Part shown: in pieces, positions 24,530 to 35,860 of the stretch
Numbering within the stretch: the first letter of the stretch is position 1
Layout: every line of letters starts with the position of its first letter
Assembly (NCBI GenBank): GCA_053919585.1
Contig: CM132794.1
DNA: 64,000 nucleotides
Source of the DNA: Euprymna scolopes
Lineage: Eukaryota
Strand: one strand, 5' to 3'
The notes under the pieces: generated by a model
Databases searched by the model: none
What the model was told of the DNA's origin: nothing
What the model saw: only the letters and a program-made list of their open reading frames with translations
Program-made: the position numbers and the translations under genes

Positions 24530-27500
24530 ATGCCACCCAAACGAAGTAGAAACGAAAGTGAGGAAGAAAGAATGGAAAGATTGGAAGCTAATAGACTAAG
24601 AGTTGCTGCAATTCGCTCCAATGAAAACAATTCAGATAGAGAAAGACGTCTAGAACTTAACAGGATACGTCAAAGAGAAAGGAGAGCAAGACTGTCAGAT
24701 TTGGAAAGAGAAACCCAACATGAAGCTGACAGAACTAGACATGCTGTAAGGCGGTTAAATTCATCACAAGATGAAATTCAAGAAAGGCAAAGATATGCAC
24801 TGGAAAGAGAAGCAATATTACGATCGAATGAATTATATGAGGTAAGTAGACGTACACAAGGTCAGTTGAGAGTGGCTCAACGACATCAGAATGAATCGGA
24901 AACCCAACGAAGCTTTCGCCTATACCAAGGGCAACAACGAGAGGCTGCATGGAGAGAGAGTATGACTTTGCCCCAGCAATTGACAGAAAACGAGGCAGCT
25001 AGACAACGAATGACTGCTTTGAGACACCATGAAATAGAACACTGCAATAGAAAAGGATTGCTCTACAACAAAAATGACTCTCTCACTACAGCTGATATAG
25101 GAAAAATGGACAAAGTATGTCAACATTGCTCAGCTGTAAAATTTAAAGGAGAACCCCCTGGTTGTTGTTGTTGTTCTTCTGGCAAAGTTGTGCTTGATAG
25201 CTTTCCACCACTGCCTCAGTTGCTTCAAGATTTGCTCTCCGGCAATGGTCCCATCTCTAAAGATTTTCTGCAAAATCTATGCAGTTATAACAATTGTTTT
25301 GCAATGACATCATTTGGTCACAAAATTGCGGCAGTACATGGGTGGAATCCTTCTTTTAGAATTCGAGGCCAGGTTTGCCACCAGATTGGGAGTCTTTTAC
25401 CACCTGAAGATGAAACAGCAAAGTTTATTCAAGTCTACTTCTTGGATAGTCTGGAAGAGGAACTACATAATCGGGGACGTGACAGTAGACTCAATAGAGA
25501 CATTCTCCAAAGTCTGACTGAATTTTTACATGAGAACAACAGCTTTATTTGTCAGCTGAAAACAACAAAGGAGAGGATTGAAGAAGAACACTTGGTAGAA
25601 CATAAAGTTGTCATAAGGGAAGACCGAAGGCCGCAAGAAGAGCATCCACGGCGATTCAATGCTCCAACAACAACGTATGAGATTGGAATATTAATGGAGA
25701 ATGAACCAACAGCTAACCGGGATATTGTCTTGCGTTTTAGAAATGATACATTAAAATGGATCTCCGAACTACATCCCCTCTACGATACTTTAATGTACCC
25801 GTTAATGTACCCCTATGGTTCTCCATCTTACAACATCTACATGAAGGCATCCAATGGGCGAAAAGTTACCCAACAGCAATTTTATTCGTACCATTTAATG
25901 ACTCGGCCTGGAAACTATTTTCTCTGGTACCGAAGGCTATTTCAACAATGGCTGGTGGATGTGTACTGCAAGATTGAAACAGAACGTTTACAGTTCCTGA
26001 GGCGTGAGCAACAGACCCTGAGAGCTGACAATTATAGCAACTTGAGAGATTCAATTCTTAGGGAGGATGGGAATCCAGAACAGTTTGGTCAACGAGTTGT
26101 ACTTCCGGCAACTTATACAGGAGGCCCTCGATACATGTTTGAGCGTCAAAGTGATGCCATGGCATATGTTCGGCGAATGGGCCGAGCCGACCTCTTCATC
26201 ACGTTCACAACAAATCCAAAGTGGACAGAAATTACAGAAAATTGTCTTCAAGGGCAAGACCCTCAGGATCGTCCAGATATTGTTGCCAGGGTTTTCAGGC
26301 AGAAGCTAAAAAAGTTACTTGAATTTATTAAAAAGGGAGGATTTGGCAGGTTGAGGGCTTTCCTGTACAGTATTGAATATCAAAAAAGAGGACTGCCGCA
26401 TGCACACATCCTCACCTGGCAGGCCCCAGAGGACAAACTTCTACCAGAAAAAATGGATCTCTGCATATCTGCAGAGATCCCTGACAAAGAGGAAGATCCT
26501 GATCTTCATGCTAAAGTGATGGCACATATGGTGCATGGACCTTGTGGACCATTTAATCCAAATTGTCCATGTATGATTGACAACAAATGTTCCAAAAAAT
26601 ACCCAAAAGAATTTCTTCAGTGTACCAAGCAAGGCCAAGACTCTTACCCCAAGTACAGGCGAAGAAAACCAGAAGATGGAGGCCAGACTGGTACAATAAG
26701 GATGAAGAGAAATGGTCGGTATGTTAATCAAGAAATAACAAACCAGTGGATTGTTCCGTACAACAAGGTCCTCCTTCAGCAGTTCAACGCTCACATTAAC
26801 GTAGAAATTTGCAGCTCGATCCAAAGCATCAAATATGTCCTCAAATACGTGAATAAAGGATGTGATCAAGCAGTGTTTGAACTACAAAGAACTGATGGAG
26901 CAGCTAACCAACAAGGCCAAGTACAAAGTCACATTGTGGATGAGATCCAGCAGTTCCAGAATGCAAGGTATGTCGGCAGTTCAGAGGCAGCCTGGAGGAT
27001 ATTGGAACATCCCATCCATGAACATTTCCCCCCAATTGTACAACTTTCTGTTCATCTTGAAAATGGGCAGCGTGTCATGTTCTCAGCTGATACTGCTCTG
27101 GAACGAGCCCAAGGTCCACCGCCTGCCGCAACTTTGACAGCATTTTTTCAACTCTGCCATGAGGATGACTTTGCAAGGGGTCTCAAATACGTAGAAGTCC
27201 CTGAGTTTTACACTTGGAACAAATCGACAAAGAAATGGATGAGAAGAATGCGTGGGGTACAAGTTGAAGGTACTGAAAATGATGATGTATGGAAGGCACC
27301 ATGCATTGGGAGAATCTACACGATTAGTCCAAAAGCAGGGGAGTGTTATTTCTTACGCCTGTTGCTCAATGAGGTTGCTGGTCCAACTTCATTTCAAAAT
27401 TTGCGAGCATACAATGGTCAGGTGTTTGAAACATACAGAGCAGCGTGCCTTGCTCGAGGCCTTCTAGAAAATGACCATCACTTGCATCAAGCAGTAGGAG

Positions 27501-27868
27501 AGGCAAGTGCCACTCAATCACCTTCAAATTTGCGAAGCCTATTTGTGATAATTTTAACAGCCTGTGAGCCAAGAAATCCTCTTGAGATCTGGATGGCTTT
27601 TCGTGATGTAATATCTGAAGACATTCTTCACAGATACAGGCAAGAAGTTAACAATCCAGAAGCAGATTTTAATGAGGACATCTACAATAAAACTCTTTGT
27701 CTAATTGAAGAAAAAGTTCTCCTTATGTGCGGTCAACCATTGGCAAGCTATGGATTACCTGCACCAATGCAAGGGAGAGATGAAAGACTCGCGAGAGAGT
27801 ATCAACGTGAAGTTACTTATAATCTTGAAGAACTTCCCTACAAGCAGAAAATATGCAAGAAAAACTGA
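24530..27868 (+). CDS. Helitron RepHel, N-terminal part (STPR-like repeats, Zn finger, HUH Y2 Rep domain)
   Basis: 1112-aa ORF with CQHC..CCCC, DLFITFTTNPKW, EYQKRGLPHAHIL (HUH) and KYVLKYVNKG (two Tyr). Confidence 0.95.
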   Translation: MPPKRSRNESEEERMERLEANRLRVAAIRSNENNSDRERRLELNRIRQRERRARLSDLERETQHEADRTRHAVRRLNSSQDEIQERQRYALEREAILRSNELYEVSRRTQGQLRVAQRHQNESETQRSFRLYQGQQREAAWRESMTLPQQLTENEAARQRMTALRHHEIEHCNRKGLLYNKNDSLTTADIGKMDKVCQHCSAVKFKGEPPGCCCCSSGKVVLDSFPPLPQLLQDLLSGNGPISKDFLQNLCSYNNCFAMTSFGHKIAAVHGWNPSFRIRGQVCHQIGSLLPPEDETAKFIQVYFLDSLEEELHNRGRDSRLNRDILQSLTEFLHENNSFICQLKTTKERIEEEHLVEHKVVIREDRRPQEEHPRRFNAPTTTYEIGILMENEPTANRDIVLRFRNDTLKWISELHPLYDTLMYPLMYPYGSPSYNIYMKASNGRKVTQQQFYSYHLMTRPGNYFLWYRRLFQQWLVDVYCKIETERLQFLRREQQTLRADNYSNLRDSILREDGNPEQFGQRVVLPATYTGGPRYMFERQSDAMAYVRRMGRADLFITFTTNPKWTEITENCLQGQDPQDRPDIVARVFRQKLKKLLEFIKKGGFGRLRAFLYSIEYQKRGLPHAHILTWQAPEDKLLPEKMDLCISAEIPDKEEDPDLHAKVMAHMVHGPCGPFNPNCPCMIDNKCSKKYPKEFLQCTKQGQDSYPKYRRRKPEDGGQTGTIRMKRNGRYVNQEITNQWIVPYNKVLLQQFNAHINVEICSSIQSIKYVLKYVNKGCDQAVFELQRTDGAANQQGQVQSHIVDEIQQFQNARYVGSSEAAWRILEHPIHEHFPPIVQLSVHLENGQRVMFSADTALERAQGPPPAATLTAFFQLCHEDDFARGLKYVEVPEFYTWNKSTKKWMRRMRGVQVEGTENDDVWKAPCIGRIYTISPKAGECYFLRLLLNEVAGPTSFQNLRAYNGQVFETYRAACLARGLLENDHHLHQAVGEASATQSPSNLRSLFVIILTACEPRNPLEIWMAFRDVISEDILHRYRQEVNNPEADFNEDIYNKTLCLIEEKVLLMCGQPLASYGLPAPMQGRDERLAREYQREVTYNLEELPYKQKICKKN

Positions 27869-29244
27869 CCGATTCTCAAAGAGAAGTTTACAATTCATTC
27901 ATGGCAATGTTGGAAGCACAAGGTGAAATGAACAAAAACATGATGTTTCTTGATGCTCCAGGTGGTACGGGCAAGACTTTTGTAATCAATTTGATCCTTG
28001 CAAAGATTAGATCCATGAGAAAGATTGTGCTTGCAACAGCATCCAGTGGCATTGCTGCTACTCTACTACAAGGTGGCCGCACTCTTCACAGCACTTTTAA
28101 AGTACCCTTGGATACTCATCGAATGGATCAGCCAGTTTGCAAAATTACTGGTAACTCAGCCTTGGCAAATGTAATTAGAGACACCTCTGCAATCATTGTA
28201 GACGAAGCCCCAATGACGCACAAGAGTGCTTATGAAGCAATTGACCGAACACTGCAAGACATCACAGGAAACAAGAATCCCATGGGTGGCATTCCAACCT
28301 TATTTTGCGGTGATTTCCGTCAAATCCTCCCAGTGGTTAAAAATGGCACAAGGGCTAACATTGTCAATGCAAGTTTGAAACAATCCTATCTCTGGAGGCA
28401 CGTTATAGTGAAGAGACTGACTACTAATATGAGAGCCTATATCTCTGATAACACAGCTGCAGCAGACGTCTCAAAATTGCTTCTCCAAATCGGTAATGGT
28501 CAGTTTCCTATCACTTCTTCACCTGACACAATTAAGATTCCAACTGCGCTTGGTAAATGTGTCGGTAATCAGAAGCAACTGAAAGACAAAGTGTACCCAG
28601 ACCTGCAAAACAATGGAAAATCACCGGATTGGCTTGCTGAGAGGGCTATTATTTCGCCATTAAACAGCAATGTGAATCATTTGAACAATTCAATAATGGA
28701 TGAATTTCCAGGAGACACAAAGCAATACAAGTCAGTTGATTCAGCTACTAATGAATATGAAGCTGTTCACTACCCTGTGGAGTTTTTAAACTCTTTGGAG
28801 ATATCTGGAATGCCTCCACACATTTTAAATCTCAAAATTGGATCGCCAATCATGATTCTTCGATCCTTGGAACCGCCAAAAACAACAAACGGAACCAGAT
28901 GTGTTATCACCAGATTGCACACCAATGTACTTGAGGCCACCATTTCCTGTGGTCCCTACAAAGGCGAAACCGTTCTACTGCCAAGGATCCCCTTAGTTCC
29001 ATCGGACTCAGTACTTCCATTTAAATTCCGGAGACTCCAATTTCCTGTGAAGGTGTGTTTTGCAATGAGCATAAACAAAAGTCAAGGTCAGACATTTAAC
29101 ACCATTGGCGTAGACTTGACATCAGACTGCTTCAGTCACGGTATGTTCTACGTCTCCATCAGCCGGACAGGAAGTTCAGAAAAACTCTACATTCTGGCTC
29201 CAAATCAAAGCAGCAGAAATGTAGTTTACCCTGAGGCTCTTTAG
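27853..29244 (+). CDS. Helitron RepHel, Pif1-family SF1B helicase part (separated from Rep by one frameshift)
   Basis: DAPGGTGKT (Walker A), IIVDEAPM, GDFRQILPV, AMSINKSQGQT, GMFYVSISR. Confidence 0.95.
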   Translation: MQEKLTDSQREVYNSFMAMLEAQGEMNKNMMFLDAPGGTGKTFVINLILAKIRSMRKIVLATASSGIAATLLQGGRTLHSTFKVPLDTHRMDQPVCKITGNSALANVIRDTSAIIVDEAPMTHKSAYEAIDRTLQDITGNKNPMGGIPTLFCGDFRQILPVVKNGTRANIVNASLKQSYLWRHVIVKRLTTNMRAYISDNTAAADVSKLLLQIGNGQFPITSSPDTIKIPTALGKCVGNQKQLKDKVYPDLQNNGKSPDWLAERAIISPLNSNVNHLNNSIMDEFPGDTKQYKSVDSATNEYEAVHYPVEFLNSLEISGMPPHILNLKIGSPIMILRSLEPPKTTNGTRCVITRLHTNVLEATISCGPYKGETVLLPRIPLVPSDSVLPFKFRRLQFPVKVCFAMSINKSQGQTFNTIGVDLTSDCFSHGMFYVSISRTGSSEKLYILAPNQSSRNVVYPEAL

Positions 29245-29872
29245 TGAAAAGTTCGAGAAATGGATATGAGGAAAAACTGACATGATCTGATTGTGGTAAG
29301 TTTTTAGTATTGAATGTGCAAGATAAAATTTAAGCAAGAGTTGAAAATGACTTCAATGAAAAATTTACTATGTAACATCAAGTAACCTTCCTTTTTGATG
29401 AAAATGTTTTGTGAAGTTCCTGATTGAATTTCAGTCACTACAAGAGGTAGTTAAAATGTTAATCACCTTATGCAATCGTTGCTCTTACAACATCAACTTA
29501 CTGGAAAGGTGCCCACAGATTTTGGTACCCGAGTGCGCAACAAAGCTCCGTGCGAAGCACGGGTATCTTTGCTAGTAAATTAATATACGAAAGTATTATT
29601 TTATGCGTAAATTTTAAGTATTTACTTCAACAATGTTCAATACATAGGTAGAGCTAGGTAGTAAGTTATAAAAATATATATGGTAATTAAGCTTAATTGC
29701 CATANNNNNNNNNNNNNNNNNNNNNNNNNNNNNNNNNNNNNNNNNNNNNNNNNNNNNNNNNNNNNNNNNNNNNNNNNNNNNNNNNNNNNNNNNNNNNNNN
29801 NNNNNNNNNNNNNNNNNNNNNNNNNNNNNNNNNNNNNNNNNNNNNNNNNNNNNNNNNNNNNNTTATATACAG

Positions 29873-31002
29873 TTTTGAAAATAATAAGCCGAAGTTTCTC
29901 AAGAGCTCTTTCGGCTATTATCTCATCAGGAGAAAATCGATAGCGTACAAAATAATATTATGTCGAAAAAAAAACGTTCTAATGGGGAACTTATTGAATG
30001 TGCCAAAAGTACGGGGGCACTAAAATAAATTTATTAACGTTTAAAAAACGACTAAAATATTGGCACAACGAGGGGAAAGAAAAAAAACGGGAGAAAAGAT
30101 TCAAAGTTCCCCAAAGAGAAACAATGCGTTGGATGTTTCCTTTTGCCGGCACAAAGAAGGTTGACGCACCGCAATAGAGACAGACTCCAAAATCTTTAAA
30201 TGGTTTCTGGAGTCCGCTCTATGTAGCACCTCCAACCATTCTATTTTATATGTATTGGCACAGCACGGGTTGTGAACCAAATGCTGGCCAATAGCCAGCA
30301 TCGCACTAGCATTTAAATTGATATACAATATTGCTATTTTGGATGTAAGGCAAACTATCCTTGCGAAAAGACGGAAAAGCAGGTCTCGTAGTATATACCA
30401 AACGCAAGGACACAGAATAAAAGCAGTCGTAAATACTTCTGCGAACCTGTCTTTTCCCCAATCCACGGTAATTTTAAATAAACCGGGCATTTCAAGGGTC
30501 CAAACATATTAGGGGATTTAAAATCCGCAACCTTTTTGAAAATACAGTCATCAATAAGGTCAACAGGATAACCATTATTGATGAATATTTCCCTGATCTT
30601 ATCGAGTTCGGCGTCTAATCTGTTAGGCGAACAAATCATGAGGGCTCTATGTACCAAAGTATTAATTAGGCCGACCTTACGTGATTTTGGTACAAAAGAC
30701 AACCAGTTCACATATTGGCCAGTAAATGTCGGCTTTCTATAAATTGTAGTGAGAAAGCCCCCCCCCTTGTGCGTTCGACAAGAACATCTAAGAAGGGAAG
30801 CGTTCGACAAGGACATTAAGAATGGAAGCGAATTTAAAAGAGGTGCTACATAGAGCGGACTCCAGAAACCATTTAAAGATTTTGGAGTCTGTCTCTGTAC
30901 TTTTGGCACATTCAATAAGTTCCCCATTAGAACTTTATTTTCGACATAATATTATGAGATCATAGCCGAAAGAGCTCTTGAGAACCGTCCGCTTATTATT
31001 TT

Positions 31003-31006
<4 letters not shown>
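29873..31006 (-). mobile_element. Penelope-like element remnant (RT C-terminus and GIY-YIG tail) with inverted pseudo-LTR segments
   Basis: TTIYRKPTFTGQYVNW..RALMICS..FINNGYP and HLKILESVSIAVRQPSLCRQ. 29873-30011 is inverted at 30897-31006, and 30176-30232 is inverted at 30840-30897. Confidence 0.85.
29895..29935 (-). ncRNA. Minimal type I hammerhead ribozyme (Penelope-associated)
   Basis: Minus strand TTTCTC-CTGATGA-GATAATAGCC-GAAA-GAGCTCTT-GAGAAA: 6-bp stem I, palindromic stem III, weak stem II. Confidence 0.65.
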
Positions 31007-31060
<54 letters not shown>

Positions 31061-33496
31061 CTCGGTAGTAAAGTTTTCTAATGTGCAAATTACTGTGCAA
31101 AATATAGTTTAACAATTAACTATAATGTATCCATTTTTTATTCCAAAATTGTTTTGATTTTAATATAAAAATTGTTTAATTTCGAATAGATCTGATTAAG
31201 AATAATGCCTTTTTTTAATTTCCGTGGACAAATATTCATCAAGTCATGGAATTTAGAAACAAAAATTATGGTAGATCCTGTTCTTGATTAGTCAGAGCAT
31301 TTGGTTTTGGTAATCACTATTTCTTTCCGATTTATTTTTTGAAAGAACATATTTTTTATCTCTTTACTTATTTACTTCATGGTCTTATTTAAAAATACGA
31401 ATAAATTTGTTTAACTAAATGTTAATGCTTATCTATAGGAATAAACGCGAAAGTGTGGGTCTTCGCTTACTACAATGAAATGGTTATTATTGAAAACGTT
31501 TTGTGTTTAGAGTTTTAGGTAGATAAATTTGATAACAACTGACGAATCCATCTAAAACCGATAAGTAAACAAATTAGTGATTGACTATAATCGAAGGCGA
31601 CCAGGAGGCTACTTTTTCATTACCTGAAACTTAGAGGACGGCAAAACTCCTGTCGTAGCATCGCTTCACTTACACTTAATTCTCACTTTATAATCTTGAG
31701 TTTTATACAAGATGACATCGTGTCATATTTGGGGGACTTAGCTATAATCCTACCAAGGAGGGAATCTTGATCATGCAGCCAATTATCAAGCACTCTTTCA
31801 TCCGTGTCAGATAAGGCAATAAAAATATACAAATAACACCATAAATACTCCTGAGCTACCTAACATGAAGAGAAGATCGATATGAAAAATGGCGGGAATG
31901 TTCACAAATATTGCTCTCCATTTATTTTTCACGGTTTATTTTGAGGAATATATTCGAGCAGCCACAAGTGTTTGCTTTTTTTGTTTTTTTGTTTTTTGTT
32001 TTTGTTTTTGTTTTTTGTACTGTACATTTTTTTTTCGGTTCGGAGTATTGGTCAAGCATTTTCTGTGGTTTGTCGAGGGCGTTATTCAAGCAATGAGGGA
32101 AAGAGGGTCGAAACCTTCCTAAAGAGGAAAACAATTTTGCCATAATATAGCCAGGTGATAAAAAAAATTTATATCACCAAAAATACATTTGAAGTTAGAA
32201 ATAAAAATGCCAAGCTGATATTANNNNNNNNNNNNNNNNNNNNNNNNNNNNNNNNNNNNNNNNNNNNNNNNNNNNNNNNNNNNNNNNNNNNNNNNNNNNN
32301 NNNNNNNNNNNNNNNNNNNNNNNNNNNNNNNNNNNNNNNNNNNNNNNNNNNNNNNNNNNNNNNNNNNNNNNNNNNNNNNNNNNNNNNNNNNNNNNNNNNN
32401 NNNNNNNNNNNNNNNNNNNNNNNNNNNNNNNNNNNNNNNNNNNNNNNNNNNNNNNNNNNNNNNNNNNNNNNNNNNNNNNNNNNNNNNNNNNNNNNNNNNN
32501 NNNNNNNNTAGGTAGATTACCAACACCATACACTTTTTAAAAAGATGAGATACAAAAACACTTTTTAAAATAAAATTTCATCTCATGTCGCTGTGGTATT
32601 GAATGTAAAACTGTCTTTGTCTTTGGGCTAATATCAAAGTGTAGTTATAGTCTGTCCAAATATCGTCGAATCTGAGTTTGGCCAAAGAATTTAAATATCT
32701 CACAAACTTTAAAATGGGTTTTGGAGACAGCCAATAATCAGATGCACATAATTAGAATAAAAAATGCTATTAATACAATTGGAGCATCAAAAAATAAATA
32801 AAATAAATAAAACAAACTCAGATTAAAAGCTTATTTTGACTGCAAGCAAATAAAAATAATACTGATAAAAATGTTTGTGAAATCTGGGTTTTGCTAACGA
32901 TAGTGTGATGGAATACACCACTTTTGTAGTGAAATCATGCAAGATTGAAAACGGCATTTATCTCGTTTTGCATTCGAACTCTTTGTATCTTCTGGAACTG
33001 CATTAACCAAACTACTTATATAAGTATGTTGCAGTTTTAACAAATTCGGTACAATAATATCGTCGGGTCTGCGTTTGTGCTGGAGGACGTCCATAGAAAG
33101 TACGGCAACAATGAATGAAAAATACATCTATGGATTTTCCACGGATTACGCTCATCAATTATCATACAAAAAAAAGCAAATACGACATTACACAATACCA
33201 GCCGGACGTTGTGGAAATCTCATGTCTTCATTAATAAGATAATACAAATAATGTCTGTCAGCGGCAACACTATTTAAACAAATGACTTCTTTTCTCAAAA
33301 AAATAATTTTCATTAAATTAATTTTGTATAAATAAATCAAACGTGTACCTTTTTTATTATTCTTGTAGCATCACAATAAGCTTAAATCGTTAAATATTAT
33401 CTGTTAAGTTAGTTAAATATCCTTCAAGTAAATATAAAGTATGTCAGTTTTTTAATTTTATTTATTGCGGACTATTATCCTCATCTTTTATTAGTT

Positions 33497-33547
33497 GTTA
33501 CACGACGTTTCAGCCAACTATTCCTCTGGCCTTCGTCAGGTGGTAAC
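33497..33547 (-). ncRNA. Minimal type I hammerhead ribozyme
   Basis: Minus strand GTTACCAC-CTGACGA(A)-GGCCA..TGGCT-GAAA-CGTC-GTGTAAC. ACGT palindromic stem III and GUC cleavage triplet. Confidence 0.75.
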
Positions 33548-34203
33548 CGCGATGGATAGGAACTCTGAATCTCCTGACTGCATTCACTGCAATTACTGCC
33601 TTCAGTAGTTGTTGTTGTCTCACCACGTTTTGGCCAAGTAAACCTCTGGCCGGCTTTGGGCAGGATTGAAACCGCTATCTTCAGACAATTATCACCTGGA
33701 ACCGTAGAGATTCGACGTCTCTATAAACTGCACCACGGGCCCCGAAGGGCGAACAAGGTTGAATTTTTTGGTCGTATAAACTCATGTTTATTATTTGATC
33801 TTCCATGGCCGTTTTTGTAAATGTATTTATTAAAGAGTGTATTGATTTTAGTCAATATAATTTAGATTTAGAAACAATTCATTTTAAAATATTGTCGAAA
33901 TTGTTTACATTGTTTACATAAGAAACATTAGAGTATTAAGCAACTTAATCTTTACTGATCGGACGATCTTATTTTTTAAATATGGGTAAAGGTCANNNNN
34001 NNNNNNNNNNNNNNNNNNNNNNNNNNNNNNNNNNNNNNNNNNNNNNNNNNNNNNNNNNNNNNNNNNNNNNNNNNNNNNNNNNNNNNNNNNNNNNNNNNNN
34101 NNNNNNNNNNNNNNNNNNNNNNNNNNNNNNNNNNNNNNNNNNNNNNNNNNNNNNNNNNNNNNNNNNNNNNNNNNNNNNNNNNNNNNNNNNNNNNNNNNNN
34201 NNN

Positions 34204-35855
34204 CCGGGTGTTAGGAGGTGTATGTTGAGCAAAAAAAAAGCGGTTAATTTTTTAAACTTTGACCCCTATTATGACCACTTAAAATTTATTGTTTTCGGCT
34301 CCAATTAAGTTATTAAGTTAGATCCATATCCAAGGAACCTATATCTAAAATTTCAAGTGTTTAGACCCCAAATTGTCGGAGAAGTTTAGTAGAGTTCTAA
34401 AAGGTTAAATCGTTGAAGTTTAACCCCTTAACAGCCAAATTTCTAGCCGAAAACCGATCACACAGATTTTCCCAAATCTCAGTAACTTGTATATCAAATT
34501 TCGAGTCTGCAAACTTAAAATTTACAGAGTTATTTTGTTGGGAAATGGACTAGGACACACACACAGACACACAGACACACAGAAACACAGACACAAAGAC
34601 ACGTTCACGTTTATAGATATACTAGCAATGGATGCTCGGCGTTGCCCGGGTGTTTGGAGGTGTATGCTGAGCCCAAAAAAGGTCAATTTTTTCAACTTTG
34701 ACCCCTATTATGACCCCTTCACATTTATTGTTTTGGGCTCAAATCAGGTTATTAAGTTAGATCCATGTCCAAGGAACCTATATCTAAAATTTCAAGTGTT
34801 TAGACCCCAAATTCTCGGAGGAGTTAGGTAGAGTTCTCAAAGGTCAAATCGTTGACCTTTGACCCTACAATCGCCAAATTTCTGGTTGAAAACCGATGAC
34901 ATCGATTTTCCCAAATTTCAGTACCCTGTATATCAAATTTCAAGTCTGTAGACTTAAAATTGACAGAGTTATTGCGTAGGGAAATGTACACACACAGACA
35001 CACAAATACACAGATACACGCACAGACAGACGGACAGACCCTTTCACTTTTATAGATAGACAGACTAGTATTCTAGACCGGAGTTGCCCGGGTGTTTGGA
35101 TGTGTGTGTTTAGCAAAAAAAAAAAAAAAAAGTAGTAGTAGGAAGGCAGGTTCGAACCCGTACCGTGAACGAGAAAAAACAGGGAAAATAATATTAGGTC
35201 TTTGCTGTTACGACTACCGCCAAACCGGAGGTGACTTATGTTTTAATTAAGGCTAGACAATCGAAAGGAGAGGATAACTTTCAAAAATATCGGCGACAAA
35301 AGCAACTCCCCCTGTGGAAAACTGCCCAGTTGAAGGCGAAAATATAAAGGTTTTTAGCTAAGTTTTCGATATTTGTCGTCTGAAAGGTCGACTTCAAAAC
35401 GATACTGATCTTGTAAAGATCCGTCGCCTCTGTCGAAAGTTTTAGGCAGACGTGTAAACATACATACATACATACATACATGCATTTATATATCGGTAAC
35501 TAAAAACTTTCGACCAAAACCGATTAAAGAGATTGTCCTATCTTTGAATACCCTTCATGTAAAATTTTAATTTAGACCAGAAATTCGGTAAAAACCGCTG
35601 AGGTCAAATTTCTCTAAACTTTGACCCTTATTATAGCCTCTTAAAATTTATTGTTTTGGGCTTAAATCAAATTATTAAGTTAGATCTATGTCCAAGGGAC
35701 CTATATCTAAAATCTCAAGTGTTTAGACTCCAAATTGGCGGAGGAGTTTGGTAGAGTTCTCCAGGGTAAAATCGTATAACTGTGACCCCTTAACAGACAA
35801 ATTTCTGGCCGAAACCGATCACAAAGATTTTCCCAAATCTCAGTACCCTGTATAT
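34204..35855 (-). mobile_element. Head-to-tail array of three non-autonomous Helitron copies
   Basis: Minus-strand 3' ends (CCGGGCAACGCCGAG-type hairpin plus CTAG) at 34622-34625 and 35065-35068 sit next to the TCTAT 5' ends of neighbouring copies. Same family as 7967-8767. The third copy is truncated. Confidence 0.8.
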
Positions 35856-35860
35856 AAAAA

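Larger units (their letters stand above)
22661..29575 (+). mobile_element. Near-intact autonomous-type Helitron (~6.9 kb)
   Basis: 5' A|TC end resembling the non-autonomous copies (5' boundary less certain). 3' hairpin CCGTGC-GAA-GCACGG (29548-29562) followed by CTAG|T (29572-29576). RepHel ORF inside. Confidence 0.88.

Noticed and set aside
35140-35170. tRNA-like GGTTCGAACCC
   Set aside because: Only a B-box/T-arm fragment with no cloverleaf; probably SINE debris.
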